DNA of 64,000 nt from Candidatus Eiseniibacteriota bacterium (GCA_043809585.1 JBDROZ010000017.1:1-64000); one strand, 5' to 3'. Shown: positions 55,101 through 63,885, counted from the stretch's first letter. The notes: generated by a model from the sequence alone, not told the origin. A program made the numbers and translations.

Positions 55101-58100
55101 GCGGCGGCGCCGCCTGGGACTCGGTCCACTACGAGGCGGGGCCCGGGAGCGGCAGTTACGACTGGCTCGTGCCGACCACCCCGTCGACCCAGGCCCTCGT
55201 GCGGATCACCATGGAGAACGGCGACGGGACGTCGATCGACACGAGCGACGGCTTCTTCTCGATCAAGGCGATCCCGGTGGTGACCGTGACGGCGCCGAAC
55301 GGAGGCGAGCTGTTCGAGGTGGGTACGGTAGAGAACGTGACCTGGACGAACACGGGGGAGGCCGCCACGGCCCACACCGTGGAGTACAGCGCCGACGCCG
55401 GAGCCGGGTGGACCGTGCTCGCCGACTCCCTTCCCGGCGACGGCGGCAGCTTGCCGTGGACCGTCTCCGACACGCCGTCCCTGGAGGCCCTCGTCCGGGT
55501 GACCCTGTTCAACGCCGAAGGGTCGGCTTCGGACGAGAGCGACGCCTTCTTCAGCATCGCCCCCGAGGCGAACGTATCGACGGAGTTCGCCGACGGAACG
55601 GTTTCGCCCCTGGACGATGCCGGCGCGGGCCGGGGGGCGGCGTGGGGCGACTTCGACGGGGACACGGACCCGGACCTCTACCTCGTAAACAGCGACGGGC
55701 CGAACCGGCTCTTCGAGAACCAGGGCGGCGTTTTCGTGGACGTGACGGGCGCTCAACTCGGCGACGTGGGGGATGGATACGGCGCGGCGTGGGGGGACTA
55801 CGACAACGACGGCGATCCCGATCTCTACCTCGCCAATTCCGACTCGGGCAACAAGCTTTTCCGGAACGATGCGGGAACCTTCGTGAACGTCACCGCCTCG
55901 CCGGTGGGCGACCTCGGCAAGGGACGGACGACCATGTGGATCGACGCCGAGAACGACGGCGACCTCGACCTCTACCTGATCAACGTGGCCGGCGGGAACA
56001 AGCTGTTCGAGAACGACGGCGGCGGGACCTTCACCGACGGGACGTCGGCGCCGATCAACTCGGGCGGCACCAAGTGGGGCGGGGCGTGGGCGGACTACGA
56101 CAATGACGGCGATCTCGACCTCTACGTGGCGCGCCTCGGGACCAACCAGCTCTTCCGGAACGAGGGGTACGGCAACTTCACGAACGTGACGAGCGGTCCC
56201 GCGGGGGACGGCGGGCTGGGCTTCGGCGCGGCCTGGGGCGACTACGACAACGACGGCGACTTCGACCTGTACGTGACGAACCAGGGCCCGAACGTGCTCC
56301 TCCGGAACGACGGCGGGACGTTCGTCGACGCCACGAGCGGGCCCCTCGGCGACGTCGGAAAGGGGTGCGGCGCGTCGTGGGCCGATTACGACAACGACGG
56401 CGACCTCGATCTTTATCTCGCGAACGACGGGTACAACCGCCTCTTCCGGAACGACGGAGCGGGGGTCTTCGCCGACGCGGCGAACACGCCCCTTCTCGAC
56501 GCCGGTTCCGGGCAATCGGTGACGTGGGCCGACGCCGACCGGGACGGGGACCTCGACCTGTACGTGACGAACCTCGGCGCGAACAAGTACTTCCGGAACG
56601 ATCTCTCGAGCGGCGCCCACTGGATCCACGTCACCCCCGTCGGAACCGTTTCGAACCGGATGGCCATCGGCGCCCGGGTGCGGGTCGTGGCGGGCGGCCT
56701 GTCGCGAATCCGGGAGATCAGCGGCGGCGGCGGCTACCTCGGCCAGGACTCGCCGGAGGCGGAGTTCGGTCTCGGTGCGGCGGCGACGGTCGACACAATC
56801 GAGATCTCCTGGCCTTCGGGCGCGGTGCAGACGCTGGCCGGGTTCGCGGCGGACCAGTTCGTGCAGATCGTCGAGCCCGCGGCGCGGTGGGTCGACGCGA
56901 CGACCGGCCCTCTCGGCGACACCGGCTTCGGGCAGGGGGCGGCATGGGGGGATTACGACGGCGACGGCGATCACGATCTGTACGTTTCGAATTCGGGCGG
57001 CGCGAACGTGATGCTCCGGAACGAAGGGGCGGGGGCGTTCAGCGACGTGACGGGCGGTCCCCTGGGCGACGGGGCCGCCGGCGCGGGTGTCGCGTGGGCG
57101 GACATGGACGACGACGGCGATCTGGACCTCTCCCTGGTGAACGCGGGATCGGCGAACAAGTTCTTCCGTAACGACGGCGGGGGGACGATGATCGACGGGA
57201 CATCCGGCCCCCTCGGCGACTCCGGGTTCGGCTTCGGCACGTCATGGAGCGACTACGACGGCGACGGCGATGCGGACCTCTACGTGGTGAACGCGGGGTC
57301 GTCGAACAAGCTCTTCCGGAACGACGGCGGGGGCGCATTCGTCGACGCCACGACCGCCGTGGTGGGGGACGCCATCGGGTTCGGCTTCACGGCAGCGTGG
57401 GGCGACTACGACAACGACGGTGACGGCGACCTCTACATCGGAAACGGGTTCGGTCCGAACAAGCTGATCCGGAACGACGGCGCGGGCGTCTTCACCGATA
57501 TCACCGCCGGTCCCCTCGCCGACGGGAACAGCACCTACGGCGTGGCGTGGGGGGACTACGACAACGACGGCGATCTCGATCTCTATCTCGCGAACGAGTT
57601 GGCGGCCAACCGGCTTCTCCGGAATGACGGGGGCACGTTCGTCGACGCGACGAGCGCTCCCCTCGGCGACACGGGGGCGGGCTACGGCTGCTCCTTCGTC
57701 GACTTCGACAACGACGGCGACCTCGACGTCTTCGTGGCCCAGTCGGGGGCGAACCGGCTCTTCGAGAACCTCGGGGGCGGGAGCTTCGCCGACGCGGCGG
57801 AGACTCCCGTTCGGGACGCCGCTTCCAGCGCCGGCGCGGCGTGGGCCGACTACGACGGAGACGGCGATCTCGATCTCTACCTGCCGAACGCGGGGGGGGC
57901 GAACAAGCTCTTCCGGAACGACGATCCGGGGACGAACCGTTGGATCCAGGTGGACCTCGTGGGGAGCGCCTCGAACAGGTCCGGGATCGGCGCGCGCGTG
58001 CGGGTCGTGGCGGGGGGCGGGGCGCAAATCCGGGAGGTCGCGAGCGGCTCCGGGTTCCTCAGCCAGGACGCGCTGACCGCCGGGTTCGGTCTCGGGGCTT

Positions 58101-58516
58101 CGGCGACGATCGACTCGATCATCGTCCGGTGGCCGAGTGGTACCGTGACGGACACGGCGAACGTGGCCGCCGACCAGCGGATCACGCTCTTCGAAGAGAC
58201 GGTCCAGACCGGCGTGGCGGGGGGCCCGCCCCTTCCTGTCCGCTACGAACTCTTCGGCAACGCGCCGAACCCGTTCAACCCGGTGACGACGGTCCGCTTC
58301 GCTCTTCCCGAGCGGAGCCGGGTGAGTCTGTCGGTCTACGACATTTCGGGGCGGCTCGTGAGGGCCCTGAAGACCGGAGAAGAGGACGCCGGCTGGTTCT
58401 CGGTCACCTGGAACGGCCGGGACGGGGCGGGACGGGAGGTCGGCTCGGGCATCTACTTCGTGCGGATGGCGACGCCGAAGCACTCGGACACGAAGAAGAT
58501 GGTCCTGATCAGATAA
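52136..58516 (+). CDS. 2126-aa secreted S8 subtilase with three FG-GAP propeller/ASPIC-UnbV modules, two Ig-like domains and FlgD-Ig/T9SS-like C-terminal domain
   Basis: RBS GGGAGG; signal peptide; triad ILDTG / HGTTVAG / GTSFSSP; 3 x 7 DxDxDGDLD repeats; two PNGGE..W Ig-like units; PNPFNP..KMVLIR. Confidence 0.9.
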   Translation: MPKQTRFFIAFAALLVGMGTAGASDAPTYFYYQGERVELELDPGRLYVRVVEGTPAAAVEGNAPFVFMAGAELERTSLDEWRFLVFESAADKAADARDRVEAAIATDQFDFVSPVFRGVHFGRVAITPDLLVRFAPGYRNRAGSILAGLEPSLATLDPTFGGMEGALKLRTKTKDGFEVLAIANRLAEDPRIAWAEPDFMITGRNELTPNDPGFSDLWGIKNTGQFGGTPDMDMDGDTAWDITTGDSTIIVLILDTGVQQDHPDLNQVPGRDFTTQNYFGGPGNECDNHGTTVAGCVSAVINNSLGTVGIAPDCRIASARIGISTVPCEGTWSGQYSWSVDALDWAMTNGFRVTNNSNSYGNISNALNDKYAETRAWGMVHFASAGNNNVDLISYPSSLPTVMSIMALTPTGARASFSSWGNGLAFGAPGTDVYTTDRTGSLGYSSGDYAFVQGTSFSSPYSAGVAALLLSRRPELSAPNVEGILKYTCVDLGAEGYDLTFGWGFVNAEAALGFGGWYDASESPVDDDGNGAGVVWLDFDGGADLDLYIVNNGTGNRLVRQGPNGWLNFTSGPVGDAGNGAGAAAADYDNDGDEDIYLANDGANRLFRNDDETFVDATSGPLGDAGTGRSVAWADIENDGDLDLYLANNGANKLFRNDGGTFVDATAGPLGDGDDGRGAVFGDYDGDGDLDLYLVDNGANNLLENDGSGSFTDVTPALLADAGDGYGGEWGDVDNDGDLDLYLSNDGANKLFVNLGGGSFSDGTGGVLGDAGNGRSVGFADADNDGDLDLYLVNSGSANRLLRNDGGLVFADVTVEPLDDAGTAAGMAWGDYSGSGMSDIYLAKSGANELYRNVSYPANSWVGLRLIGVASNRSSVGARARVVANGAAQIREVTAGSGYLSQRSLHLDFGLGSATVIDTIHVEWPSGLTKTFTNLPVDSLYTIRELTPPVVRVTSPNGGEEWGQGATETITWTSTGGVPDWFFIEYSTSGGAAWDSVHYEAGPGSGSYDWLVPTTPSTQALVRITMENGDGTSIDTSDGFFSIKAIPVVTVTAPNGGELFEVGTVENVTWTNTGEAATAHTVEYSADAGAGWTVLADSLPGDGGSLPWTVSDTPSLEALVRVTLFNAEGSASDESDAFFSIAPEANVSTEFADGTVSPLDDAGAGRGAAWGDFDGDTDPDLYLVNSDGPNRLFENQGGVFVDVTGAQLGDVGDGYGAAWGDYDNDGDPDLYLANSDSGNKLFRNDAGTFVNVTASPVGDLGKGRTTMWIDAENDGDLDLYLINVAGGNKLFENDGGGTFTDGTSAPINSGGTKWGGAWADYDNDGDLDLYVARLGTNQLFRNEGYGNFTNVTSGPAGDGGLGFGAAWGDYDNDGDFDLYVTNQGPNVLLRNDGGTFVDATSGPLGDVGKGCGASWADYDNDGDLDLYLANDGYNRLFRNDGAGVFADAANTPLLDAGSGQSVTWADADRDGDLDLYVTNLGANKYFRNDLSSGAHWIHVTPVGTVSNRMAIGARVRVVAGGLSRIREISGGGGYLGQDSPEAEFGLGAAATVDTIEISWPSGAVQTLAGFAADQFVQIVEPAARWVDATTGPLGDTGFGQGAAWGDYDGDGDHDLYVSNSGGANVMLRNEGAGAFSDVTGGPLGDGAAGAGVAWADMDDDGDLDLSLVNAGSANKFFRNDGGGTMIDGTSGPLGDSGFGFGTSWSDYDGDGDADLYVVNAGSSNKLFRNDGGGAFVDATTAVVGDAIGFGFTAAWGDYDNDGDGDLYIGNGFGPNKLIRNDGAGVFTDITAGPLADGNSTYGVAWGDYDNDGDLDLYLANELAANRLLRNDGGTFVDATSAPLGDTGAGYGCSFVDFDNDGDLDVFVAQSGANRLFENLGGGSFADAAETPVRDAASSAGAAWADYDGDGDLDLYLPNAGGANKLFRNDDPGTNRWIQVDLVGSASNRSGIGARVRVVAGGGAQIREVASGSGFLSQDALTAGFGLGASATIDSIIVRWPSGTVTDTANVAADQRITLFEETVQTGVAGGPPLPVRYELFGNAPNPFNPVTTVRFALPERSRVSLSVYDISGRLVRALKTGEEDAGWFSVTWNGRDGAGREVGSGIYFVRMATPKHSDTKKMVLIR

Positions 58517-58544
58517 CGAGCGACATAACAACGAATTACGATGG

Positions 58545-58574
58545 GGCCCGGGACTTCGCCGTTCCGGGCCTTTT
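58545..58574 (+). terminator. Intrinsic terminator
   Basis: GGCCCGGGA / TTCCGGGCC stem followed by TTTT. Confidence 0.6.
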
Positions 58575-58660
58575 CATCGGTCGGCCTTGGGGGGGACATC
58601 TTCGAAAAAGAGATCAAGATCTTCTCCGATCGCGCCGATCTTTGGTTCGAGGAGGAGAAG

Positions 58661-59296
58661 ATGCGACGGGTTGCCCTTCTGTTGTGGGCGGCGATGCTCG
58701 CCCTTTCGTGCGGGTCGGACCGGGGAGCGAATGTGGCCCGCTCGATTCCCCCCCGTCTCGAGGACCCCGACGAGTTTTTGGGGCGCGTCGCCGCGGCGTA
58801 CACCGCCATGGACACGGCGGCCTACTTCCTGGAGCTCGACCCGGCGTACGTCTTCGAGATGAGGGTGGACGAGTGGTCCGCCGCCGGTCTCTCCGCGCGG
58901 GCGTGGGACCGGGCGGGAGAGAGGGCGGTCACCCGGCGGCTCTTCACGGGCGGACGAAACGACGAGGCCGAATGGGTCGACGAGATCCGGATGGGCCTCC
59001 TCGTGAGGAGCGTGGCCGAAGACCGGACCGACTATCCGGGGCGCCCGCCGGGGGAGACCTGGTACCGGGTCGCGGCGCTCGTCGAGATCGACGCGGTGAT
59101 CGTCAATCCCGTGGAGATGGCGATCACGACCTACCATGTCCTGTCGCCGCAATCCTTCGTGGTCCGCCCCGATCCGCGGGGGACGGGCCGGTATCTGGTG
59201 GCGCGGCAATCCGACGAGCCTCCGGCCGCCGTTGATGACACCGGCTCCGCGACCTCCCTCTCCTGGGGTCTCCTCAAAGCCCGCTTCTACCAGTAG
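58661..59296 (+). CDS. Lipoprotein, divergent paralog 1, with SW-tail
   Basis: RBS GGAGGAG; lipobox ALSC; AAYTAMD, WD..E, W..V.ALV, Q.F.VRP shared with the next two genes; tail SWGLLKARFYQ. Confidence 0.8.
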   Translation: MRRVALLLWAAMLALSCGSDRGANVARSIPPRLEDPDEFLGRVAAAYTAMDTAAYFLELDPAYVFEMRVDEWSAAGLSARAWDRAGERAVTRRLFTGGRNDEAEWVDEIRMGLLVRSVAEDRTDYPGRPPGETWYRVAALVEIDAVIVNPVEMAITTYHVLSPQSFVVRPDPRGTGRYLVARQSDEPPAAVDDTGSATSLSWGLLKARFYQ

Positions 59297-59332
59297 CTGG
59301 TGTCAGGCACCATCTTCCCCCGTTTTCCCTTG

Positions 59333-59361
59333 GTGACACCCACCGCCTGAAGTGGTATCCT
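59333..59361 (+). promoter_or_regulatory. Candidate sigma70 promoter
   Basis: GTGACA-17 nt-TATCCT with extended TG. Confidence 0.5.
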
Positions 59362-59408
59362 TCTAAACAAGCCGATCGATCATCGGACCTCCAACCAGGA
59401 GCACAGCC

Positions 59409-60050
59409 ATGCGCCGTCTTCTCCCGTTTGCGGCAGCGTTCTTGGCACTGGCCCTCGCCGTTTCCTGCGGCGATGACGACAACCCCGCGGACACGGGCGA
59501 TCCGGAACCGGAACTGCCCAAGACCCCGGCGGAGCTGATCACTCAGTTCTTCCGCGCCGCCTACGCGTCGATGGACAGCGCCGCCTACGCCGCCCTTCTC
59601 GATTCGGCGTACGTCTTCGTGCTTTACGCGGCGGGAGTCGATCCAGACGACCCGAACCCGTGGTGGGACCTGGGCGAGGAGATGAAGATCGCGGGGCACA
59701 TGTTCGGCGGGTGGTACAACGATGACGGGCAGAAAGTCGAACGGATCGTTCTGCAGATGACGGAGCGCTTGAACGTCGTCGACAACACCCCCTACCCGGA
59801 CAAACCGGAAGGCGAGGAGTGGCGGAAGGTGACGGCTCTGATCGATCTCCTCGTCGTCGTCAACGATCCGGACGACGTGGATGGATTCATCAACTTTGTG
59901 GTTGCTTCCGACCAGCTCTTCACCGTCCGCCCGAGCCGGACCGATTCGACGACCTGGACCGTCTACAAGCAGGTCGACCAGGAGCCGATCAACAAGGGAA
60001 CGGGGACCGAGAACGCGTCGTGGGGAGCGGTGAAGGAGATGTTCCGATGA
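59409..60050 (+). CDS. Lipoprotein paralog 2 with SW-tail
   Basis: Lipobox AVSC then GDDDNP; tail SWGAVKEMFR. Confidence 0.85.
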   Translation: MRRLLPFAAAFLALALAVSCGDDDNPADTGDPEPELPKTPAELITQFFRAAYASMDSAAYAALLDSAYVFVLYAAGVDPDDPNPWWDLGEEMKIAGHMFGGWYNDDGQKVERIVLQMTERLNVVDNTPYPDKPEGEEWRKVTALIDLLVVVNDPDDVDGFINFVVASDQLFTVRPSRTDSTTWTVYKQVDQEPINKGTGTENASWGAVKEMFR

Positions 60051-60706
60051 TGGGCGGGGGCTTCCTCACCGGCCGGGCAGGGGCATTCGCCATGATCCTC
60101 GCCGCCGCCCTCTTTCTCGCCTGCGGCGACGACGACAACCCCGCGGACGCGGGCGATCCGGGACCGGAACTGCCCAAGACCCCGGCGGAGTTGATCACCG
60201 AGTTCTTCCCCGCTGCCTACGCGTCGATGGACAGCGCCGCCTACGCTGCGATCCTGGACGAGGACTATCGGTTCGAGCTGATCCCGGGGGAGGTCGATCC
60301 CGACGACCCGAACCCGTGGTGGAATCTCGAAGAAGAGATGAAGATCGCAGGAAACATGTTCAACGCGCGGTACAACGAAGAAGGCCAGCGGGTCGACCGC
60401 ATCAAGCTCCAGATGACGGAGCGCTCGAACGTCGTCGACAACACTCCCTACCCGAACAAACCGTCCGGCGAGGAGTGGCGGGAGGTGACGGCCCTCGTCG
60501 ATCTCCTTGTGGTCATCGACGACCCCGATGATCCGGAGGGGGTCACCATCTTCGTCATCGGCTCCGACCAGCTCTTCACGGTCCGCCCGAGCCGGACCGA
60601 TTCGACCGCCTGGACCGTCTACAAGCAGATCGACCAGGAGCCGATCAACAAGACCGGCTCCACCGCTGACGCCTCCTGGTCCGGCGTCAAATCCCTCTTC
60701 CGCTGA
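60047..60706 (+). CDS. Lipoprotein paralog 3 with SW-tail
   Basis: ATGA overlap with paralog 2; lipobox FLAC then GDDDNP; tail SWSGVKSLFR. Confidence 0.85.
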   Translation: MMGGGFLTGRAGAFAMILAAALFLACGDDDNPADAGDPGPELPKTPAELITEFFPAAYASMDSAAYAAILDEDYRFELIPGEVDPDDPNPWWNLEEEMKIAGNMFNARYNEEGQRVDRIKLQMTERSNVVDNTPYPNKPSGEEWREVTALVDLLVVIDDPDDPEGVTIFVIGSDQLFTVRPSRTDSTAWTVYKQIDQEPINKTGSTADASWSGVKSLFR

Positions 60707-60793
60707 CCCTCCCCAGGGCAGGGGACACCGATGAATTCCGAGGGGATCCAAGATGGCCGGGCGGACCGGGACATCACCCGGACCACCCCGGCT

Positions 60794-60821
60794 CCCGCTC
60801 ACCGAATTCAGGGCCGCGGCC
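60794..60821 (+). repeat. Short dispersed repeat, copy 2
   Basis: 26/28 identical to 31843-31870. Confidence 0.7.
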
Positions 60822-60887
60822 CTGTGGAATCAAGGCTGGTCGCGGGACGGTCCCGCCGGGCCTTTCGATGACCGATCGACAGGGAGA

Positions 60888-62552
60888 ATGGGGACGATGA
60901 CCATTCGGACGGAGAGGGGCCTCGCCGCGCTCCTCCTCCTCGCGTTTCTCGTGCAGGGGCTCGTCGCGATCCGCCGCGACTCGGTCACGGTGGACGAGTT
61001 CATCCATCTCCCCGTCGGCCTTCACATGCTCCGCACCGGCGACCTCTCGAAGGATCCGGTGAACCCGCCTTTTCCGCCGATGATCGCCGCCCTCCCCCTT
61101 CTTCTCCGGAATCCGGCGCTCGAAGTCGGCGAGATGAAGCACCACTTCCGGCTCGGCTACGAGTTCGAGACGCAAAACCGGGAGGAGTACCAGAGCCTCT
61201 TCGAGTCCTCCCGGGGGATGATCCTCCTCCTGTCGCTCTTTCTCGGTCTGCTCGTTCGCCGCTGGGCGACCCGTCTCTATGGCGCGAAGTCGGGCCTAAC
61301 CGCCCTCTTCTTCTTCGCCTTCTCGCCGAATCTGCTCGCCCACGGTCATCTCGTCACCCTCGACGCCGCCGGCGCCCTCGGATTCCTTCTCGCGACCTAC
61401 TCCTTCTGGCGCCTGCTGGAAAGGCCCTCCTTTCCGAGGGCCTCTCTCGCGGGCGCCGCGTTCGGGCTCGCGAATCTCATGAAGCTCTCGGGCGTCGTTC
61501 TCGCCGGATCGATCGCGACGCTCGTCCTCTTCGAGGCGACGAGGGGTCTCCGGGCGAGGGGAGAACGGGGGGTCTCCGCCGCCCGGTGGGCACTCCTCCT
61601 CCTGATCGCGGCGGTCATCGCCCTCGTGGTGCTGAACGCCGGCTACGGTTTCGACGGAACGTTCCGCTCCCTCGGCGAATACCGGTTCTACCCGGACGGC
61701 CTCTTGAAGAGAGCCCAGAACGCCCTCCCGGCTCTTCCCGTTCCCCTGCCGAGGCCCTTCGTCCGGGGCCTCGACATCGCCATGAACGCCGGGAAAGCGG
61801 ACAAGCCGAGCTACTTCCTCGCCGGCGAACTCTCGAAGGAGGGGTGGTGGCAGTACCATCTCGTCGCGTTCGCCGTGAAGACGCCGCTCCCGGTCCTTCT
61901 TCTCGCCCTCTTCGCGACCGCGGCGTGGGCCGCGGGGCGGAGCCGGGGCGCCCGGGATTTCTGTCTCTTCGTGCCGGTCCTCCTTCTCTTCCTCGCCAAC
62001 TCGGCGTTCAACTCCCTGGACATCGGGGTGCGGCACCTGCTCCCCGTCTACCCTCTGCTCTGGATCGGCATCGCGCCCCATGTTGCCGATCGACTGCGCG
62101 GCCCCGTACGTGCCGGGACCCTTCTCGCTGCCGCGGCCTTCCTCTGGACCGCCGTCGCCTGCCTCTCCGTCGCCCCCCGATACCTGCAGTTCTTCAATCT
62201 TCCCTCGGGCGGTCCCTCCCGGGGATACCGTCTCCTGATCGATTCGAACTACGACTGGGGCCAGGACCTGATCCGTCTCCGGGAGCAGATGGACGAGAAC
62301 GGGATCGACGGCATCGCCCTCGCGTATTTCGGCCGCGTCGATCCGGCGACCTACGGCATCCGTTACGAGCCTCTCGACGCCGAGACGTCCCATGGCGTTG
62401 CGGCCGTCTCCGCCACGTTCCTCATGGGGCGCCCCTACGTCTGGTACGGGAAGGAGGGGCTCGAGTGGACCGAGCCCCGGCAGTTCTCGTGGTTGTCGGA
62501 AAGGGAACCGATCGACCGGGTGGGCGCGATGTTCCTTTACGCGTTGCCTTGA
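60888..62552 (+). CDS. ArnT/PMT-like (GT-C fold) membrane glycosyltransferase
   Basis: DSVTVDE after TM1, NPP, FSPNLLAHGHLVTLD, IGVRHLLP, DSNYDWGQDL; many TM helices. Confidence 0.85.
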   Translation: MGTMTIRTERGLAALLLLAFLVQGLVAIRRDSVTVDEFIHLPVGLHMLRTGDLSKDPVNPPFPPMIAALPLLLRNPALEVGEMKHHFRLGYEFETQNREEYQSLFESSRGMILLLSLFLGLLVRRWATRLYGAKSGLTALFFFAFSPNLLAHGHLVTLDAAGALGFLLATYSFWRLLERPSFPRASLAGAAFGLANLMKLSGVVLAGSIATLVLFEATRGLRARGERGVSAARWALLLLIAAVIALVVLNAGYGFDGTFRSLGEYRFYPDGLLKRAQNALPALPVPLPRPFVRGLDIAMNAGKADKPSYFLAGELSKEGWWQYHLVAFAVKTPLPVLLLALFATAAWAAGRSRGARDFCLFVPVLLLFLANSAFNSLDIGVRHLLPVYPLLWIGIAPHVADRLRGPVRAGTLLAAAAFLWTAVACLSVAPRYLQFFNLPSGGPSRGYRLLIDSNYDWGQDLIRLREQMDENGIDGIALAYFGRVDPATYGIRYEPLDAETSHGVAAVSATFLMGRPYVWYGKEGLEWTEPRQFSWLSEREPIDRVGAMFLYALP

Positions 62553-62619
62553 GACAGGAAGATGAAGACGGGCCGGCCCCCTCCGCCGGCCCCGATCGTT
62601 TGCGCGGGTGCTCGGGCGC

Positions 62620-63885
62620 CTACCCGTGCAGGTTCTTCGCCGCCAAGACCGGCACGCCCGCTTTCAGCAAAGCCACGGCGGTCCGGTTCAGGGAGACGTG
62701 CTTCTGGATGTAGTTCTCCTCGAAGGCGTCCATCAGCCCGTTCTCGAGGATCTCTTCCTTCGGCACGAAGTAGTCGAGGATGCTCGACGGGTGGTCCAAG
62801 GTCTCCTCGATGTCGGGGTCGCCCCCCTCGTGTTTGGCGCTGATGTTCGGCACCTTCGGCGCGACCTCGACCAGCTCGTCCCGGCGGTTGTACGGCTGCC
62901 GCACGATCGCCTTGAAGGTCTCGGTGATGTGGTGCTCGAAGCGGACCACCTCGTCGAAGCCGAGCGCCTTCCGCGACTCGGCGGAGAGCTCGATGGTCTC
63001 GTTGTTCACGGAGTTCGAGTAGTTGAAGCCGATGAGCGACGTGGTGCCGTCGTCCCGGGAGAGGAGCTTCGCCGCGAGCAGGGTCCAGAGCACGGCGAAG
63101 GGATTGTCGTTCCCCATGAACACGCTGATCTTGAACTCGATGTCCACGCCCACCTTGTGAAGCATGTAGCCGAGGAAGACGGTGCCCGGGTTGATGTTCA
63201 GCACCTGGCCGGTCCCGTAGTTGGTGTGGTAGTAGAGGAACTCGTCGAGCCACTTCAAGGGGTAGTCGTTCGGCTGGCCGACGCCGCCGAAGTAGCCGGT
63301 GATCGTGTCCGGCCCCCCGAGATGGACGTTCGACCCGTCGGTCCCCTTCGTGTCGAGGGTCTCCACGTAACTCGCGCCGACGATGCGCATGGCCGCCGCC
63401 ATGGCGAGCAGGTCGCCATCGTCCTCTTCCGCCTCCTTCATGAAGCGGACGCGGATGAACCGGCCCGGCATCAACTCCCTCTTCTCGATCGCCCGTTTCG
63501 CCTCGGTGATCATCCAGGGGAAGAAATTCATGGCGCTGATCTCGAGGGTGACGGCGAACTTGTCGGACACGACCTTCGGCTTCGCGCCGCCGAGCGCCGC
63601 CGCCCGGTAGTCGCTCATGGAGACGAACGCCTTCTTGTCCCGCTGTTCGGCGAGCCAATCGAGGTCCCTCCGGTAGGGGGACTTGATTTCGTCGAGCCGG
63701 CGAAGCAGGTACTCGAGCTTGCCCGACTCCCGCGCCTTCCGGTTGATCTCGTCCACGCCGCCATGTTTCTCGATGACGGCGAGGAAGCGCTCGACCAGGG
63801 TGTTGTCCGGGCTCGTCAGGTACCGGTTGATCGATTCGAGCCGGTCGGCCGGAATGGACAGTTTTTCGCGGAGATGATCGCTCAC
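62620..63885 (-). CDS. Cytoplasmic hypothetical protein (enzyme-like)
   Basis: 421-aa ORF with GGGAGG RBS, strong GC3 bias and globular composition; no family recognised. Confidence 0.8.
   Translation of the reverse strand: MSDHLREKLSIPADRLESINRYLTSPDNTLVERFLAVIEKHGGVDEINRKARESGKLEYLLRRLDEIKSPYRRDLDWLAEQRDKKAFVSMSDYRAAALGGAKPKVVSDKFAVTLEISAMNFFPWMITEAKRAIEKRELMPGRFIRVRFMKEAEEDDGDLLAMAAAMRIVGASYVETLDTKGTDGSNVHLGGPDTITGYFGGVGQPNDYPLKWLDEFLYYHTNYGTGQVLNINPGTVFLGYMLHKVGVDIEFKISVFMGNDNPFAVLWTLLAAKLLSRDDGTTSLIGFNYSNSVNNETIELSAESRKALGFDEVVRFEHHITETFKAIVRQPYNRRDELVEVAPKVPNISAKHEGGDPDIEETLDHPSSILDYFVPKEEILENGLMDAFEENYIQKHVSLNRTAVALLKAGVPVLAAKNLHG

Noticed and set aside
53690-57930. Regularly spaced DNA repeats (GACTACGACAACGACGGCGA-like) resembling an array
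   Set aside because: They are coding FG-GAP repeats inside one ORF, not CRISPR; no cas genes seen.
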